Shown here piece after piece: positions 63,805-64,000 of a stretch of DNA of 64,000 nt (position 1 is the stretch's first letter; every line of letters begins with the position of its first letter). A program made the translations under genes and the position numbers. The notes under the pieces were generated by a model. That model was not told the origin of the DNA. It ran no database searches and saw only the letters and a list, made by a program, of their open reading frames with translations. Origin of the DNA: an uncultured Methylomirabilota bacterium (GTDB lineage Bacteria; Methylomirabilota; Methylomirabilia; Methylomirabilales; 2-02-FULL-66-22). The stretch lies in NCBI GenBank assembly GCA_963705305.1, contig OY970067.1:1536001-1600000 (forward strand), read 5' to 3'.

Positions 63805-64000
63805 GGGGTGGAGCGTAAGGGAGTTTCGGAGCAAAGTCAAGCGGGGACCATCCTCGATGGGGGTGGTCCCTGTGCTGTTCCTGGGGCCGGGGCCGTAGGC
63901 CCCGCTTCACTTGATAAAGATAGTCATAAGTCGAAACATATCCCCTGGTCTCGTCGCCAAAAGCGCATCTATCAGCGTGTCCAATCCCTTTTGAGCTATT

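Overview
GC-rich bacterial genomic window with four parts. (1) 1-21 kb: a secreted serpin that runs off the left edge and is absent from the ORF track, with an IS630 inserted in its probable promoter; a split UxaA-type dehydratase, DUF169, an SCP2-TudS-like fusion, a secreted protein ending in a BPTI/Kunitz domain, glyoxylate carboligase, aldehyde:ferredoxin oxidoreductase, GntR, a Tm-1-like/TIM-barrel pair, a QueG-like Fe-S protein and a TRAP transporter followed by a probable serine-recombinase relic. (2) 21.2-55.7 kb: a ~34.5-kb block bounded by 161-bp direct repeats and almost entirely on the minus strand. It encodes cyclic beta-1,2-glucan synthase, a fatty-acid desaturase, two cold-shock proteins, groES-groEL, dnaK-grpE-dnaJ-cbpM, ftsH, VIT1, a B12 radical SAM, many small duplicated proteins and relics of clpB, lon, mgtA, ftsH, fmdB and others. 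The main discovery is a 150-bp regulatory module present four times in this block: tandem CCGA-N4-TCGG palindromes, an IHF-like site and a sigma54-type promoter with an unusual TGGAT -24 element, at almost invariant spacing. These sit around a frameshifted GAF-AAA+-Fis activator gene, suggesting a self-contained sigma54-controlled proteostasis/general-stress regulon. (3) 55.9-58.6 kb: fur/perR-katG. (4) 58.7-64 kb: AT-richer accessory DNA with an ISL3 relic, a methyltransferase, an ABC-type ATPase plus TOPRIM-like pair (candidate antiphage system), a small operon with a perfect 20-bp palindromic operator and a candidate three-hairpin antisense sRNA. All calls come from reading motifs by eye; no database searches were run.
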